This document shows, one piece after another, positions 1-12,353 of a DNA stretch of 64,000 nucleotides. The first letter of the stretch is position 1, and the number at the start of each line of letters is the position of its first letter. The notes below the pieces were generated by a model that saw nothing but the letters and a program-made list of their open reading frames with translations, did no database searches and was not told the DNA's origin. Source of the stretch: Camelus ferus (taxonomy: Eukaryota); NCBI RefSeq assembly GCF_009834535.1, contig NC_045696.1:76882001-76946000 (forward strand), in the 5' to 3' direction. The position numbers were made by a program, and so were the translations under genes.

Positions 1-2254
1 GAGAATGATGAATATGCAAAGAGTCATTGGGGCACTGGTGATAATAGTACCCATAGAGAAATCAGTAGTAAGGATGTTTAGGGGAGGAAGTTTTCTTGGA
101 AGCAAAATGGCCTCAGAAAAAATGGTGGCTGTGAATTGGGCATCCTGGGTTTGAATTCCTGCTTTGACCTTGGTTGAGTCAACTTTCAGGGTCTCAGCTT
201 CTATAATCATTAGAAAAAGTATGGGTTTTGGACCAGAGGAGCTTTCACATCCCTTCCAGCTTGTCACTGTGGAGTCTAGGTCCATTGTTTCAGTGGCTCT
301 ATGTTTTGGGTATTGGAAGGAGGCCTGAGAAGAGAGATATGAGATGACCCCTGAGTTGCGTATAATACACTGGCAATTGATGGCTTTTTCCAACCACAGC
401 AGAAGAGGGTGTGGTTCCTTGGTGTGTGGGCTGCCTACTGTAAGAGTCAATCTCATACTAACTGATCACTCTGTGCCTTGAGACTCTTTCCACATCAGTC
501 CACTTAAAAACCACACAAAAAACCGATGTGGTTGTTTTGCTTGATTCAGACATTGATCCCCAGTGTGATGTAAGATAATGGGGTTACCTGTCCAACATGG
601 CAATATTGAGGGAGCACAGAGTCTCTGAAGAAGAGATGGGTGCTGGGAGCCTATCAGGATGCTAGGTACAGTCAGTGTATCCAGACCTCAAAATAAGGAG
701 TCCCACAGCAGCTGGTGAAAATAAGAATGTGCTTTGAAAAGGAAACATATGGGAGGACAAGGGAGAACATAAATGAGTTTTAGGGCAGTTTCTTTCTGGT
801 GGCTGTCTGGGAAGTGACAAGGGAGGGCAGAGTAAATTGACTGGAGAGCAGGAGCAGGATTGATTCGGAGGCTGGACAGCAGCGTCTGCCATGTAGAAAG
901 GATGGTTTGTTTACTGAGAGAGACTAGAAAGAGGCAAAGAGTACTGGCAGGGTTGCAGAGATAGTGCGTCAGGGCTTCAGCCTTGGAGAGTGGGGCACTA
1001 TTTGAAGTGAGGGTCACAGTAGAGGCAATAAATAGAACTCCATCAATTCCAATCTGGTGCTGACATTAACCTAATTTTCTAGAAAAGTCATATCTTCCAA
1101 TTTTGTGAAATTGTGCTGCAAGTGGACGAATGGAGGCTTTCCTTTTACCGTCTCTTGGGAAGTCAGTTTCAGTGTAGTTGCTTTTTATTTTCATCACTGA
1201 GGAAAATATGTGGTGTCCCTAACTTCCTATCAGTGCCCCAGGCTTTCATGTGGGCAACTTTTAAAAATCCGAATCAATAGGAGAATAATCCCTGAGGAGT
1301 ATAGTTAAGGTTTTGAACTGATTGCATCCTAAAATCAAGCAGAGAGTTTCCAGATGCTGAAATGTGCTGCATAAATTCAATAAAAATTGCCATGTACGTT
1401 AGCATCACTGCCTATTGTTATGGGCACGAACAAATTGTGTCTTTCATTGCCCATTTTACTTCAGTTCTTTGACTTGCTGATCCCCATTCCAGACAGAAAG
1501 TCCATTAGCATTTGCAGATGTTAATGTAAATGTAGAAGGAAGATGCTTTAGGACATGAAATGATCGGGCAAGACCCTCCATATCTTGCTGCTTATAAAAT
1601 TTTTTAAAAAGAAAAAATTAATTTCCATTGAATGGCTAGAAAAGTACCAATTATAGTTTAGTTACTCATTATAATTCATTCATTCATTCTCTGCCACAGT
1701 CTGCAAAGAATTTGAGGACGCATATAACAAATGCACATGCAATGAAATAATAAAATCTAGAAGGGAGAAATAGAAAATTAGGAGCAGGAAAAATAGGATA
1801 ATGTAATTATAATCACTACAATAAGGCTTCTGATTTCTCCCTGAGCTTCCTGGGATCCAGGAACAAATGAGGTATATAATCACTGATAGAACTCTTGCTA
1901 TTGTAAAGCTGTAAGCGTTTTAGTTTCTTAAGAAAAAAAATATTTTCCTACCACTGTATTAATTTAAAAAACTCAAGTAGAACTTTATAAATGGTCATTG
2001 AGTAATGTAGTTTGTGATGGCATTAACATTTTTATATTGATTACAGTTACAAATATCATATGTATGCTTCTGACAATGACCTTTGAGAGAAGCCAGGAAA
2101 TATTAATAACTGTAATGTGGCATAAAAGCAATTCTCAAGAGGCTCAGTTTTGTGAGAATGAATGCCAGATTTTTGGATGTCCAACTTCATTTAGGCAGAT
2201 CAAGTTTGAGGAATGTATGGGCCCCTAAATTCAGACTAATTGTATAGGATAGTC

Positions 2255-4152
2255 TGGTTCTGGGCAAGATGGAGAAAACACATGCCACTCTGTCTCTCCC
2301 AATGAATGCAGCTATACAGCATAGGCAGGATTCATGGAGTAGCTATTTGGAGGCTGTAATAAGTAAGTAGCATTAAGAAAGATGAGAATTGGGAAGAATA
2401 CCAGAATTCAGCATACCACCAAGCCAGCAGTACATTTATCATTTAGTTTAAGTATCTCCCTAGCTGAACTTAATGCAGCTCAAAACCTAGGACTGAGCAT
2501 CAGCATGTGCACAGAGAACTCCAGAAGCCCTCTAGTTCAGGCTAAAGAAGCAGTAAAGGGGTTTTCCAAAGCTAATAAAGAGTGTTGGAACCTCTCCCTC
2601 TTATTTATTTATATATTTATTTATCTACATTTTCACCATTTCTTGCTTCTCAGCCCATAAGCAGTCCTGTGTGAGTGACAATGGTAAAGCCAATAGAAAC
2701 CTATAGGAGCTAAAATACTAAAGGTGGTGTCTTAGTCTGAGCTACTATAACAAGTTACCATAGACTGGGTTCCTTAAACAGTATTTATTTCTCATAGTTT
2801 TGGAGGCTGGGGAGACTAAGATCAAAATGTTGCCAGATTTGGTGTCTGGTGAGGACACCTGGTTTGCTGATGGCTGCCTTCTTGCTGATCCTCCAATGGC
2901 TGAGAGAGGAAGAGAGCTCTAGGTGCTTTCTCTTCTAAGGGCACTCATCTCATCATGGGGGCTCCACCCTCATGACCTTACCTAAATCTCATTACTTCCC
3001 AAAGGCCCCACCTCCTAATAGCATCACATTAAGCATCAGAATTTTTATGAGTTTTGGTTGGTGGAGGATACCTTCCTCTTCATTCAGAAGAGCTGTAATC
3101 GTCATAGAAAGGGATGAACTCCCATGGATTTTTCTCCCTTTATGCTGTTCTCTAGCTTGACTCTAGATGTAGACACAGCTGGGGGAAGTATAAGGCAGAG
3201 TGGGGTAACTAAGACCTCAGTGTTCTGGCCAGAGGACCAAAAGGGGGAACAATAGGGAACCAGAAAGTACTGAGGAAATCCTGGTAAGGAAGCACTTAAG
3301 AAACTGACCCCTTAAAGTTATAAATGAACTCTTGGGCTCAACCATGAGACACACAGTTGTTGATTTAACCCTAAAAATCATGCATGAACTTTGATAACTG
3401 AACTATGAAGAATAACAATGGCTAAGATACACACTGATTACTGAGTGGCTGAAATTCAGATGTATGTGAATAGCACTGCAAAATTCTAAAAGAATTGCTA
3501 AAAGTAGCTGTTCAGACAAAAGGGAAATGATACAAGAAGAAAATCTGGAACATCTGGAATGAAAGAAGAGTACCGGAAATGGTAAATATCTGGATATGTG
3601 TAACAAAATATTATTGAGTACTTTAAAATATGTTTGGTTTTAAGCAAAAATTACATTTCTGGTAGGGTTTTCACTGTATGTAGATATAATATGTAAAGCA
3701 ACTACAACATAAATGCAAGAGGGTAAAGGGACATATATGGTGGTAAGATTTCTATAAGACACTGAACATGGGACAATAGTCTAAGTAGACTGTGAAAAGT
3801 TATATATGTATTATTTAATCACTAGATAAACCCCTACAAATTATACTAAGGTATAGTTAGAAACAAAATAAGTTAAAAGAGAATACTAAAGGAATGTTAA
3901 AAATAACCTGAAAGAAGAAATTTGAATTGCAAAGACATATTTAAGGACACATTATAAATCTACAGTAACCAAGTCATTGTGGCATTGGCAAGCGGACAGG
4001 CACAAAAAAGAACGGAAAATAATACAGAATCCAGAATTAGACCCACACACATGTGACCCATTGCTTTTTGACAATGATGCAAAAGTATTTCAATGCTAAG
4101 ACATTTCAAACTATTTTTTGAAAAGTATAGTCTTTTCAAGAACAATGTTGAA
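2255..4152 (+). mobile_element. Ancient L1 (L1MC/L1MD-like) 5'UTR, spacer and ORF2 remnants
   Basis: 5'-end-like TTCTGGGCAAGATGGAG, A-rich spacer-like sequence at 3480-3920, and a late-ORF2 remnant at 3950-4150 (…CTACAGTAACCAAGTCATTGTGGCATTGG…). Interrupted by an MLT1 LTR. Confidence 0.55.
2728..3070 (-). mobile_element. MaLR solo LTR (MLT1A-like)
   Basis: TGTCTTAGTC…TACCATAGACTGGG…TTTATTTCTCATAGTTTTGGAGGCTGG…GGGCACTCATCTCATCATGGGGGCTCCACCCTCATGACC…AAAGGCCCCACCTCCTAATA, the reverse of the recalled MLT1A consensus. Confidence 0.8.
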
Positions 4153-5221
4153 CTGATAACACAGAAATACAAAGAATCATAAGAGACTACTATGAACAAT
4201 TTTAAGCCAATAAGTTGGATAACCTACAGGAAATGAATAAATTCCTGGAGACATACAACTTACAGACTGAATCATGAAGAAAGAGAATAGATGAGCAGAC
4301 CAATAACCACCAAGGAGAATGAAGCAGTAATAAAAAATCTCCCAACAAAAGCCCAGAACCAGATGTCTTCATGGGTGAATTCTACCAAACATTTAAAAAA
4401 GAATTAACACCAGTTTTTCTCAAACTCTTCTAAAAATTGAAGATGATGCACTCCCAAATTCATTTTATGAGGCCAACATTATTCTCATATCAAAGCCAGA
4501 TAAGGACAATACAAGAAAAAAGAATTACAGGACATTATTCTTGATGAACATATGTGCAAAAATATTCAACAAAATGCTAGCAAACCAAATTCAGCAGCAC
4601 ATTAAATAAATCATACACTGTGGGGCAAGTGGAATTTATCCTTGGGATACAAGGATGACTCAACATATGCAAATCAATAAATGTGATATGCTACATTAAC
4701 AGAATAAAAGGTAAGTAGCATGCGATCATTGCAATAGATGCAAAAAAAGAAAAGCTTTTGACAAAATTCAACATACTTTTATAATAAAAACTCTCAACAA
4801 ATTAGGTATAGAAGGAATGCATCTTAACATAATAAGGACCATATATGAGAAGTCCACAATTAACATAATTCTCAAGTGCGAAAGATAAAAGTTTTCTCTA
4901 AGATCAGAAATAGGAAATAGGTGCTCTCACCACTTCTATTCAACATAATACTGGAATTCCTAGCTAAAGCAATCAGGCAAGAAAAAGAAATAAAAGGCAT
5001 CTGAGTAAGGAAAGGGAAAAGTAATATTGCCTCTGTTTGAAGATTACATGCCTTTTATATGGAAAACCCTAAAGACTCCATTAAAAATTATTAGAAGTAA
5101 TAAATTCAGTAAATTCATGCATGACACAAAATCAACATGTAACAATTAGTTGCATTTATATACATGGAAAATAATCTATCATAAAAAGACTAAAGAAAAA
5201 AATCCCATTTCTAGTAGCATC
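4153..5221 (+). mobile_element. Older L1 (L1MA9-like) ORF2 fragment, 5' part, host of the young L1
   Basis: Degenerate ORF2 RT-region sequence (…GAAATACAAAGAATCATAAGAGACTACTATGAAC…, …GGTGAATTCTACCAAACATTT…) that continues collinearly after 12353. Confidence 0.85.
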
Positions 5222-5239
5222 AAAAAATACTTAGGAATA
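5222..5239 (+). repeat. Left target-site duplication of the full-length L1
   Basis: AAAAAATACTTAGGAATA, identical to 12336-12353. The bottom-strand nick context TTTTTT/GA fits the L1 endonuclease preference. Confidence 0.93.
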
Positions 5240-6918
5240 GGGGGAGATGGAGAAGATGGCGGAGTAGAAGGATACTCGCAGGTCACCCTCTCCCACAAAT
5301 ACACCAAGACCCACATCTACAGACCCACTCAGCCAACCAGAGCACCTGTGGAACTCTGACAGAACATCTCCCTCTTCAAAAGATAAAGACGCCAAAAATC
5401 TGGTAGGAGAAAAGGAAAAACGAAAGAACAAAAGGCAAAGCAGAGCGGGACGGGTCCTGCGGGGAGGGAGCAGCAAAAGAGGACTGGCGCTCGCTCGCTG
5501 GGTCTCCCCTCTCCAACTGAGAGGCCAGCGGGACGGAGGGGGAGCCTCCGAGGCTCGGATCTGTACAGAGCAGCCCTTGACTAACAGAACTAAGTTAAAT
5601 GGGCACAGAGCGTCCCCCTGACACCCAGCCTGAGACGCGGGCCGGCAGTGGTGGGCATGGCCAGGCTGCACAAGCTGGGCGGAGGACAGGGGTGGCTGCA
5701 CGGAGGCAGCCACGGGGGAACGCAACGGGCTGCGCGCCGTGGCTGTGGGTGCACAGGGCAGAACAACCTGGGCCCTCCATAAAACAGCAAGGTTGATGTG
5801 CTCTCGGGGGAAGGGTGCACACCCCCATCTCTGAAAACCCGCGGAAAGTTTTTGGGGGAAGAGAGGCGGGGATCAGGCACAGCCGCCATATCCTCCGCGC
5901 TGAGCACTCAGGCGGGAGCGCGGGCGAAACCTGTATCCGCACGGAAGGGTTTAGCAGCCTCAAAGGCCAGACTGAGACTGGCCTGCAGCCCGGGGCAGAT
6001 AGGATCCTTCCATCCTGGTCCCTCAGAGAACTTGCTCCACAAAGACAAACAAGGAGCTGGGTTTTGGCTCGGAGCAGGGACAGGGCTGTCCCTCGGTCAT
6101 CCCCGAGCGCACCTGCGGAGCGCCGACCAGGGCGGAGCGCGCAGCCGCACAGAGAGCGGAGCAACCAGCGGCACAGGTAGAGGGAGAGCAGCCCCCCCGC
6201 CTTTAGGTCAGGAACACAGCCCCTGACCGAGGTGCTGGGAGGGGGCACGACCCGCCCTCCTACCTGGCCAGTCTGCAACATCTGACTGCGGCATCTGGAG
6301 GGGCAGCAACCCGCCCGCCCACAGCAGAGAGCTGCACCTTACCCAGTGTTAGGAGGAGGCGCGATCTGCTTGCCGACAGGTGCTGGGAGCAGCACAGAAG
6401 AGGGCGCCAACGGAGGGCCTCTGAAAACAGCAAGCTGAGCTTCCAAAACAGGATGAAGACAGAAAGACTTCACAGTAAAAGCACACAGACTCCAGGAGAA
6501 CACCGACCAACCCCCCACCCCCCCTTTTTTTTTTTAAATCTGTTTTTACCTGTTCTATTTTCTATTACTCTCTTAATCTTTACTTCTTAATTCATTTCTA
6601 TTTCTCTTTGGTTTTGATGTCCTGCTATTGATTAGACACAGGTTTCAAATACATCTATTCATCTCCCCCCCCCCTTCTTTTGGTAAAGGTTTTAAAAGGA
6701 CGTCTCAACCCGATTAATACTCTGCCTCAACTCACTCTTCTATTATTCATTATACACTGTTTTCAAACCCTCTTTCTCCCTTCTTTTAAAATTCTTTCTC
6801 TCTCTCATTTTTTTATCTTTTTTTCCTAAGTTCTATTCCTAAATAGGCATCAGATAGATAAAATCCTTAAGGACCAAAATAAACAGCTGATACTCCATAA
6901 CCACAGTGCCAAAGAGGT
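5240..6918 (+). promoter_or_regulatory. L1 5'UTR internal Pol II promoter, CpG-island-like, with YY1-type motif
   Basis: AAGATGGCGG at 5253-5262, the position where L1 5' ends carry YY1 sites. Dense undecayed CpGs at ~5440-6420, then a pyrimidine-rich stretch before ORF1. Confidence 0.8.
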
Positions 6919-7823
6919 ATGAGCAAGATGAAGAAGCAGAAAAACCTTTCCCAATTAAAAGAACAAGAGAAATCCCCTGAAAGAAAAATCAACGAAATAG
7001 ACATCGATAGCCTACTAGATCAAGATTTCAAAAAAGGAGTGATCGAATTGCTGAAGGAATTAAAAGAGATAGTGTTTAGAGATATAAAATATGTCAAAAA
7101 TGAAATTGAAGCTATAAAGAAGAGCCAAGTAGAATGGGTAAACTCATTGACAGAGATGAGGAATGATCTAATAGCTGTGCAAAGCCGACTAGATAATGCA
7201 GAGGAACGAATTAGTGATCTAGAAGACAGGGCAATAGAAAGCACCCATTCAGAAGAACTACAAGAGAAGCAAATAAAAAATAATGAAAATAGCATACGGG
7301 ACCTATGGGATAATATAAAGCGTCCCAATCTTTGCATAATAGGGGTCCCAGAAGAAGAACAAAGATCAAAGGGGATTGAAAAGGTTTTTGAAGAAATCAT
7401 GACTGAAAACTTCCCAAACTTAAAGAAGGAATCAGATATCCAAGTACAGGAAGCTCAGAGGGTCCCAAACAGGAAGAACCCAAATAGACCCACACCAAGA
7501 CATATCATAATCAAGATGGCCAGAGTCAAGGATAAAGAAATGATTCTAAAGGCAGCAAGAGAAAAGCAAAGAGTAAGTTACAAGGGAACCCCCATAAGGC
7601 TCTCAGCTGATTTCTCTACACAAACACTACAGGCCAGAAGGGAGTGGCAAGATATATTCAAAGCCCTGAATGAAAAAAAGATGCAGCCTAGGATCCTTTA
7701 TCCAGCAAGGCTATCCTTGAGGATAGAAGGAGAAATAAAGAGTTTCACAGACAAAAAAAAAAGCTGCAGGAGTTTAGCAACACTAAACCCATGCTAAAAG
7801 AAATATTGAAAGGGCTATTCTAA
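6919..7823 (+). pseudogene. L1 ORF1p (coiled coil, RRM, CTD), frameshifted near the C-terminus
   Basis: Motifs RPNLCIIGVPEEE, ENFPNL, PRHIIIK, ARREW and YPARLS are present. An A10 run at 7753-7762 shifts the frame; the natural end KLQEFSNTKPMLKEILKGLF* (TAA 7821-7823) lies in another frame. Confidence 0.93.
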
Positions 7824-8227
7824 ATAGAAAAGCAGCAGGATGCTACAGAAATGAGAAACACACAACTGGAAAGGTGGTAACTCATGAATTACAAATAAAG
7901 TAAACACGAAATTATAGAAGAAGACATGTAAATCACTGAGAGTGGGAGAGGGAGGCAGGGAAATACAGAATATTTTTTTCTTTCTTTTTTAAATTTTTTT
8001 AACAGTAGGATGGGTTTGAGATCATGTTACTATCAGTTTAATAAAAACAGTTATAGTAATGGGTTGACAGATTTACAAAAAAGGGTAACCACAAGCCAAA
8101 AATTTACAAAGGAGTCACAAAAAGTAAATAAAATCCATGATAATACAAAGGAAAATTACCAAACCACAAAAGGAAGAAGAAAGGAACAAAGAGGATATAC
8201 CAATTCAACTGCAAAGATAAGTTCAAA

Positions 8228-11200
8228 ATGGCAATAAACACACATCTATCATTAATTACTGTAAATGTTAATGGACTAAATGCTCCAGTCAAAAGACACA
8301 GAGTGGCAGACTGGATAATAAAGCAAGAACCTTCAATGTGCTGCATACAAGAGACCCACTTTAGGGAGAAGGACACATATAGATTGAGAGTGAAAGGATG
8401 GAAAAGGATATTCCATGCAAATGGAAAAGCCAAAAAAGCAGGTGTTGCAGTACTGATTTCAGACAAAATAGACTTTAAAACAAAGGCCATAAAGAAAGAT
8501 AAAGAACGACATTTTATAATGATTAAAGGAGTGATACAAGATGAGGATATTACACTCATTAATATATATGCACCCAATATAGGAGCACCTAAGTACATAC
8601 AAGAATTACTAACAGAGATAAAGGGGGATATTGATGGGAATACAATCATAGTTGGAGATTTTAACACTGCATTAACATCGCTAGACAGATCTTCCAGACA
8701 GAAAATAAACAAGGCAACAGAGAAATTAAATACTACAGTAGAAAAACTAGATTTGGTGGATATTTTCAGAGCATTACACCCCCCAAAAATAGGATATACA
8801 TTCTTTTCAAGTGCACATGGAACATTTTCCAGGATCGATCATGTACTTGGGCACAAAAGAAACCTCAACAATTTTAAGAAGATAGAAATTATCTCAAGCA
8901 TCTTTACTGACCGCAATGCCATGAAACTGGAAATCAACAACAGAGAAACAAAGGAGAAAAAAAGGAAAGCATGGAGATTAAACAATATGTTATTGAAAAA
9001 ACAATGGATCAATGAGGAAATCAAAGCTGAAATTAAAAAATACCTTGAGACAAATGATAATGAAAGCACAACCACTCAAAACCTACGGGACACAGCAAAG
9101 GCAGTGCTAAGAGGGAAGTTTATAGCGATACAGGCCTTCCTCAAAAAAGAAGAACAATCTCAAATAAACAATTTAACCCACCACCTGAATGAATTAGAAA
9201 AAGAAGAACAAAAAGCCCCAGAAAGCAGCAGAAGGAAGGAAATAATAAAGATCAGAGGGGAATTAAATACAATAGAGATTAACAAGACCATAGAAAAAAT
9301 CAACCAAACCAAAAGCTGGTTTTTTGAAAAAGTAAATAAAATCGACAAACCTCTGGCCAAACTCACAAAGAAGAAAAAAGAGAGAGCACAAATTAGCAAA
9401 ATAAGAAAGGAAAATGGAGAAATTACAACAAACAAAATAGAAATACAGAATATCATACGAGAATATTATGAAAAACTATATGGAACCAAACTGGATAACC
9501 TAGAGGAGATGGACAAGTTTCTGGAAACATACTGTCCACCAAAACTGAAGCAAGAAGAATCTGAACACTTGAACAATCCGATCACTAGAAAGGAAATAGA
9601 AATAGCAATTAAAAACCTCCCTACAAATAAAAGTCCAGGACCGGATGGCTTCACCGGGGAATTCTACCAAACATACAAAGAACTCATACCAGTCCTTCTC
9701 AAACTCTTCCAGACGATTGAAAAGGAGGGAATACTCCCAAACTCATTCTATGAAGCCACCATCACCCTGATACCAAAACCAGGCAAAGACACTACAAAAA
9801 AAGAGAATTATAGGCCAATATCACTGATGAACATAGACGCCAAAATCCTCACCAAAATTTTAGCAAATAGAATCCAACAACACATAAAAAAGATTATACA
9901 TCATGACCAATTGGGGTTCATCCCAGGGACACAAGGCTGGTTCAACATACGCAAATCAATCAGTGTAATACATCACATCAACAAGAGAAGGGACAAAAAC
10001 CACATGATCATCTCAATCGATGCAGAAAAAGCATTTGATAAAATTCAACACCCATTTATGATAAAAACTCTCGCCAAAGTGGGTATAGAGGGAACATATC
10101 TCAACATAATAAAAGCTATATATGACAAACCTACAGCCAGCATAGTACTCAACTGGTGAAAAACTCAAAAGCTTCCCACTAAAATCTGGGACAAGACAAG
10201 GATGCCCACTATCACCACTCCTATTCAACATAGTCCTGGAAGTCCTAGCCACAGCAGTCAGGCAAGAGAAAGAAATAAAAGGGATCCAAACTGGAAAAGA
10301 AGAGGTAAAAGTGTCATTATATGCTGATGACATGTTACTATATATAGAAAACCCTAAAAGGTCCACACAAAAGCTACTACAGCTGATTGAAGAATTCAGC
10401 AAGGTAGCAGGTTACAAAATTAACGTTCAAAAATCAGTTGCATTTCTTTACACTAACGATAAATCAACAGAAGAAGAAAGTAAAGAAACAATCCCCTTTA
10501 AAACAGCACCCAGAGTAATAAAATATCTGGGAATAAATCTAACCAAGGAGGTGAAAGAATTATACACCGAAAACTATAAAGCATTGATGAAGGAAATTAA
10601 AGAAGACTTTAAAAAGTGGAAAGATATTCCATGCTCTTGGATTGGAAGAATCAATATTGTTAAAATGGTCACACTGCCCAAGGCAATCTACAGATTTAAT
10701 GCAATCCCTATCCAATACCCAGGACATATTTCACAGAACTAGAACAAATCATAATAAAATTCATATGGAACCATCAAAGACCTAGAATTGCCAAAGCATT
10801 ACTGAAGAGAAAGAAAGAGGCTGGAGGAATAACTCTCCCAGACTTCAGACAATACTATAGAGCTACAGTCATCAAGACAGCATGGTATTGGTACCAAAAC
10901 AGACATATAGACCAATGGAACAGAATAGAGAGCCCAGAAATGAACCCACAAACTTTTGGTCAACTCATCTTTGACAAAGGAGGCAAGAATATACATTGGA
11001 ATAAAGACAGTCTCTTCAGCAAATGGTGTTGGGAAAACTGGACAGCAGCATGTAAAACAATGAAGCTAGAACACTCCCTTACACCATATACAAAAATCAA
11101 CTCAAAATGGATTAAAGACTTAAACATAAGACAAGATACAATAAACCTCCTAGAGGAAAACATAGGCAAAACATTATCTGAATACATTTCAAAAATTTTC

Positions 11201-12065
11201 TCCTAGAAGAAATAAAAGCAAGAATAAACAAATGGGACCTAATGAAACTTACAAGCTTCTGCACAGCATTAAGGAAACCAGAAATAAAACAAGAAAACCT
11301 ACGGAATGGGAGAACATTTTTGCAAGTGAAACCGACAAAGGCTTGATCTCCAGAATATATAAGCAGCTCATACGACTCAATAAGAAAAAAATAAACAACC
11401 CAATCCAAAAATGGGCAGAAGACCTAAACAAGCAATTCTCCAAGGAAGACATCCAAATGATCAAAAAGCACATGAAAAAATGCTCAATATCACTAATTAT
11501 CAGAGAAATGCAAATCAAAACTACAATGAGGTATCACCTCACACCAGTCAGAATGGCCGTCATTCAAAAATCCACAAATGACAAATGCTGGAGAGGCTGT
11601 GGAGAAAGGGGAACCCTCCTACACTGCTGGTGGGAATGCAGCTTGGTGCAGCCACTATGGAAAACAGTGTGGAGATTCCTCAAAAGACTAGGAATAGACT
11701 TACCATATGACCCAGGAATCCCACTCCTGGGCTTGTATCCAGAAGGAAATCTACTTCAGGATGACACCTGCACCCCAATGTTCATAGAAGCATTATTTAC
11801 AATAGCCAAGACATGGAAACAGCCTAAATGTCCATCAACAGGTGACTGGATAAAGAAGAGGTGGTATATTTATACAATGGAATACTACTCAGCCATAAAA
11901 ACCGACAGCATAATGCCATTTGCAGCAACATGGTTGCTCCTGGAGAATGTCATTCTAAGTGAAGTAAGCCAGAAAGGGAAAGAAAAATACTATATGAGAT
12001 CGCTTATATGTGGAATCTTAAAAAACAAAAACAAAAACATACAAAGAAACAAAAAGAAAGCGTAA
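8228..12065 (+). pseudogene. L1 ORF2p (APE endonuclease, reverse transcriptase, CCHC domain), four frameshifts
   Basis: EN motifs NVNGLN, QETH, GDFN, SRIDH. RT motifs PGPDGF, YRPISL, QGCPLSP, YADD (10320-10331), YLG. C-terminal [18 protein letters not shown]. Indels at ~10153 (+1), ~10714 (-1), ~11181 (-1) and 11269-11270 (+2). Confidence 0.95.
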
Positions 12066-12335
12066 ATAAAGGACAGAAATAGACTCACAGACAGAGAATA
12101 CAGACTTGTGGTTACAAGGGGGGTGGAGGGTGGGAATGGATAGACTGGGATCTCAAAATTGTAGAATAGACTACACTGTATAGCACAGGGAAATGTACAC
12201 AAAATGTTATGATAACTCACAGAGAAAAAAATGTGACAATGAGTGTGTATATGTCCATGAATAACTGAAAAATTGTGCTGAACACTGGAATTTGACACAA
12301 CATTGTAAAATGATTATAAATCAATAAAAAATGTT

Positions 12336-12353
12336 AAAAAATACTTAGGAATA
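12336..12353 (+). repeat. Right target-site duplication of the full-length L1
   Basis: AAAAAATACTTAGGAATA. The interrupted older L1 ORF2 resumes directly afterwards (…KYLGINL…). Confidence 0.93.

Larger units (their letters stand above)
5240..12335 (+). mobile_element. Full-length young LINE-1 (~7.1 kb), lineage-specific (probably camelid L1)
   Basis: Starts GGGGGAGATGGAGAAGATGGCGG, followed by a GC/CpG-rich 5'UTR, ORF1, a ~400 bp spacer, ORF2 and a 3'UTR with a G-rich tract (12118-12135) and AATAAA (12323-12328). Flanked by the identical 18-mer AAAAAATACTTAGGAATA at 5222-5239 and 12336-12353. Confidence 0.97.

Noticed and set aside
5231..6281. Long overlapping ORFs in the L1 5'UTR (228 aa and 164 aa antisense; 142 aa and 121 aa sense), possible ORF0 analogues
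   Set aside because: They have non-ATG starts, sit in GC-rich sequence that is stop-poor in all frames, and show no recognisable domain.
10320..10331. YADD instead of FADD in the RT active site
   Set aside because: Both Y and F occur at this position in non-LTR reverse transcriptases, so it is not notable by itself.
7020..12298. Many antisense ORFs (e.g. 8104-8712, 202 aa) rich in Phe/Leu/Ser
   Set aside because: These are shadow frames of the A-rich L1 coding strand.
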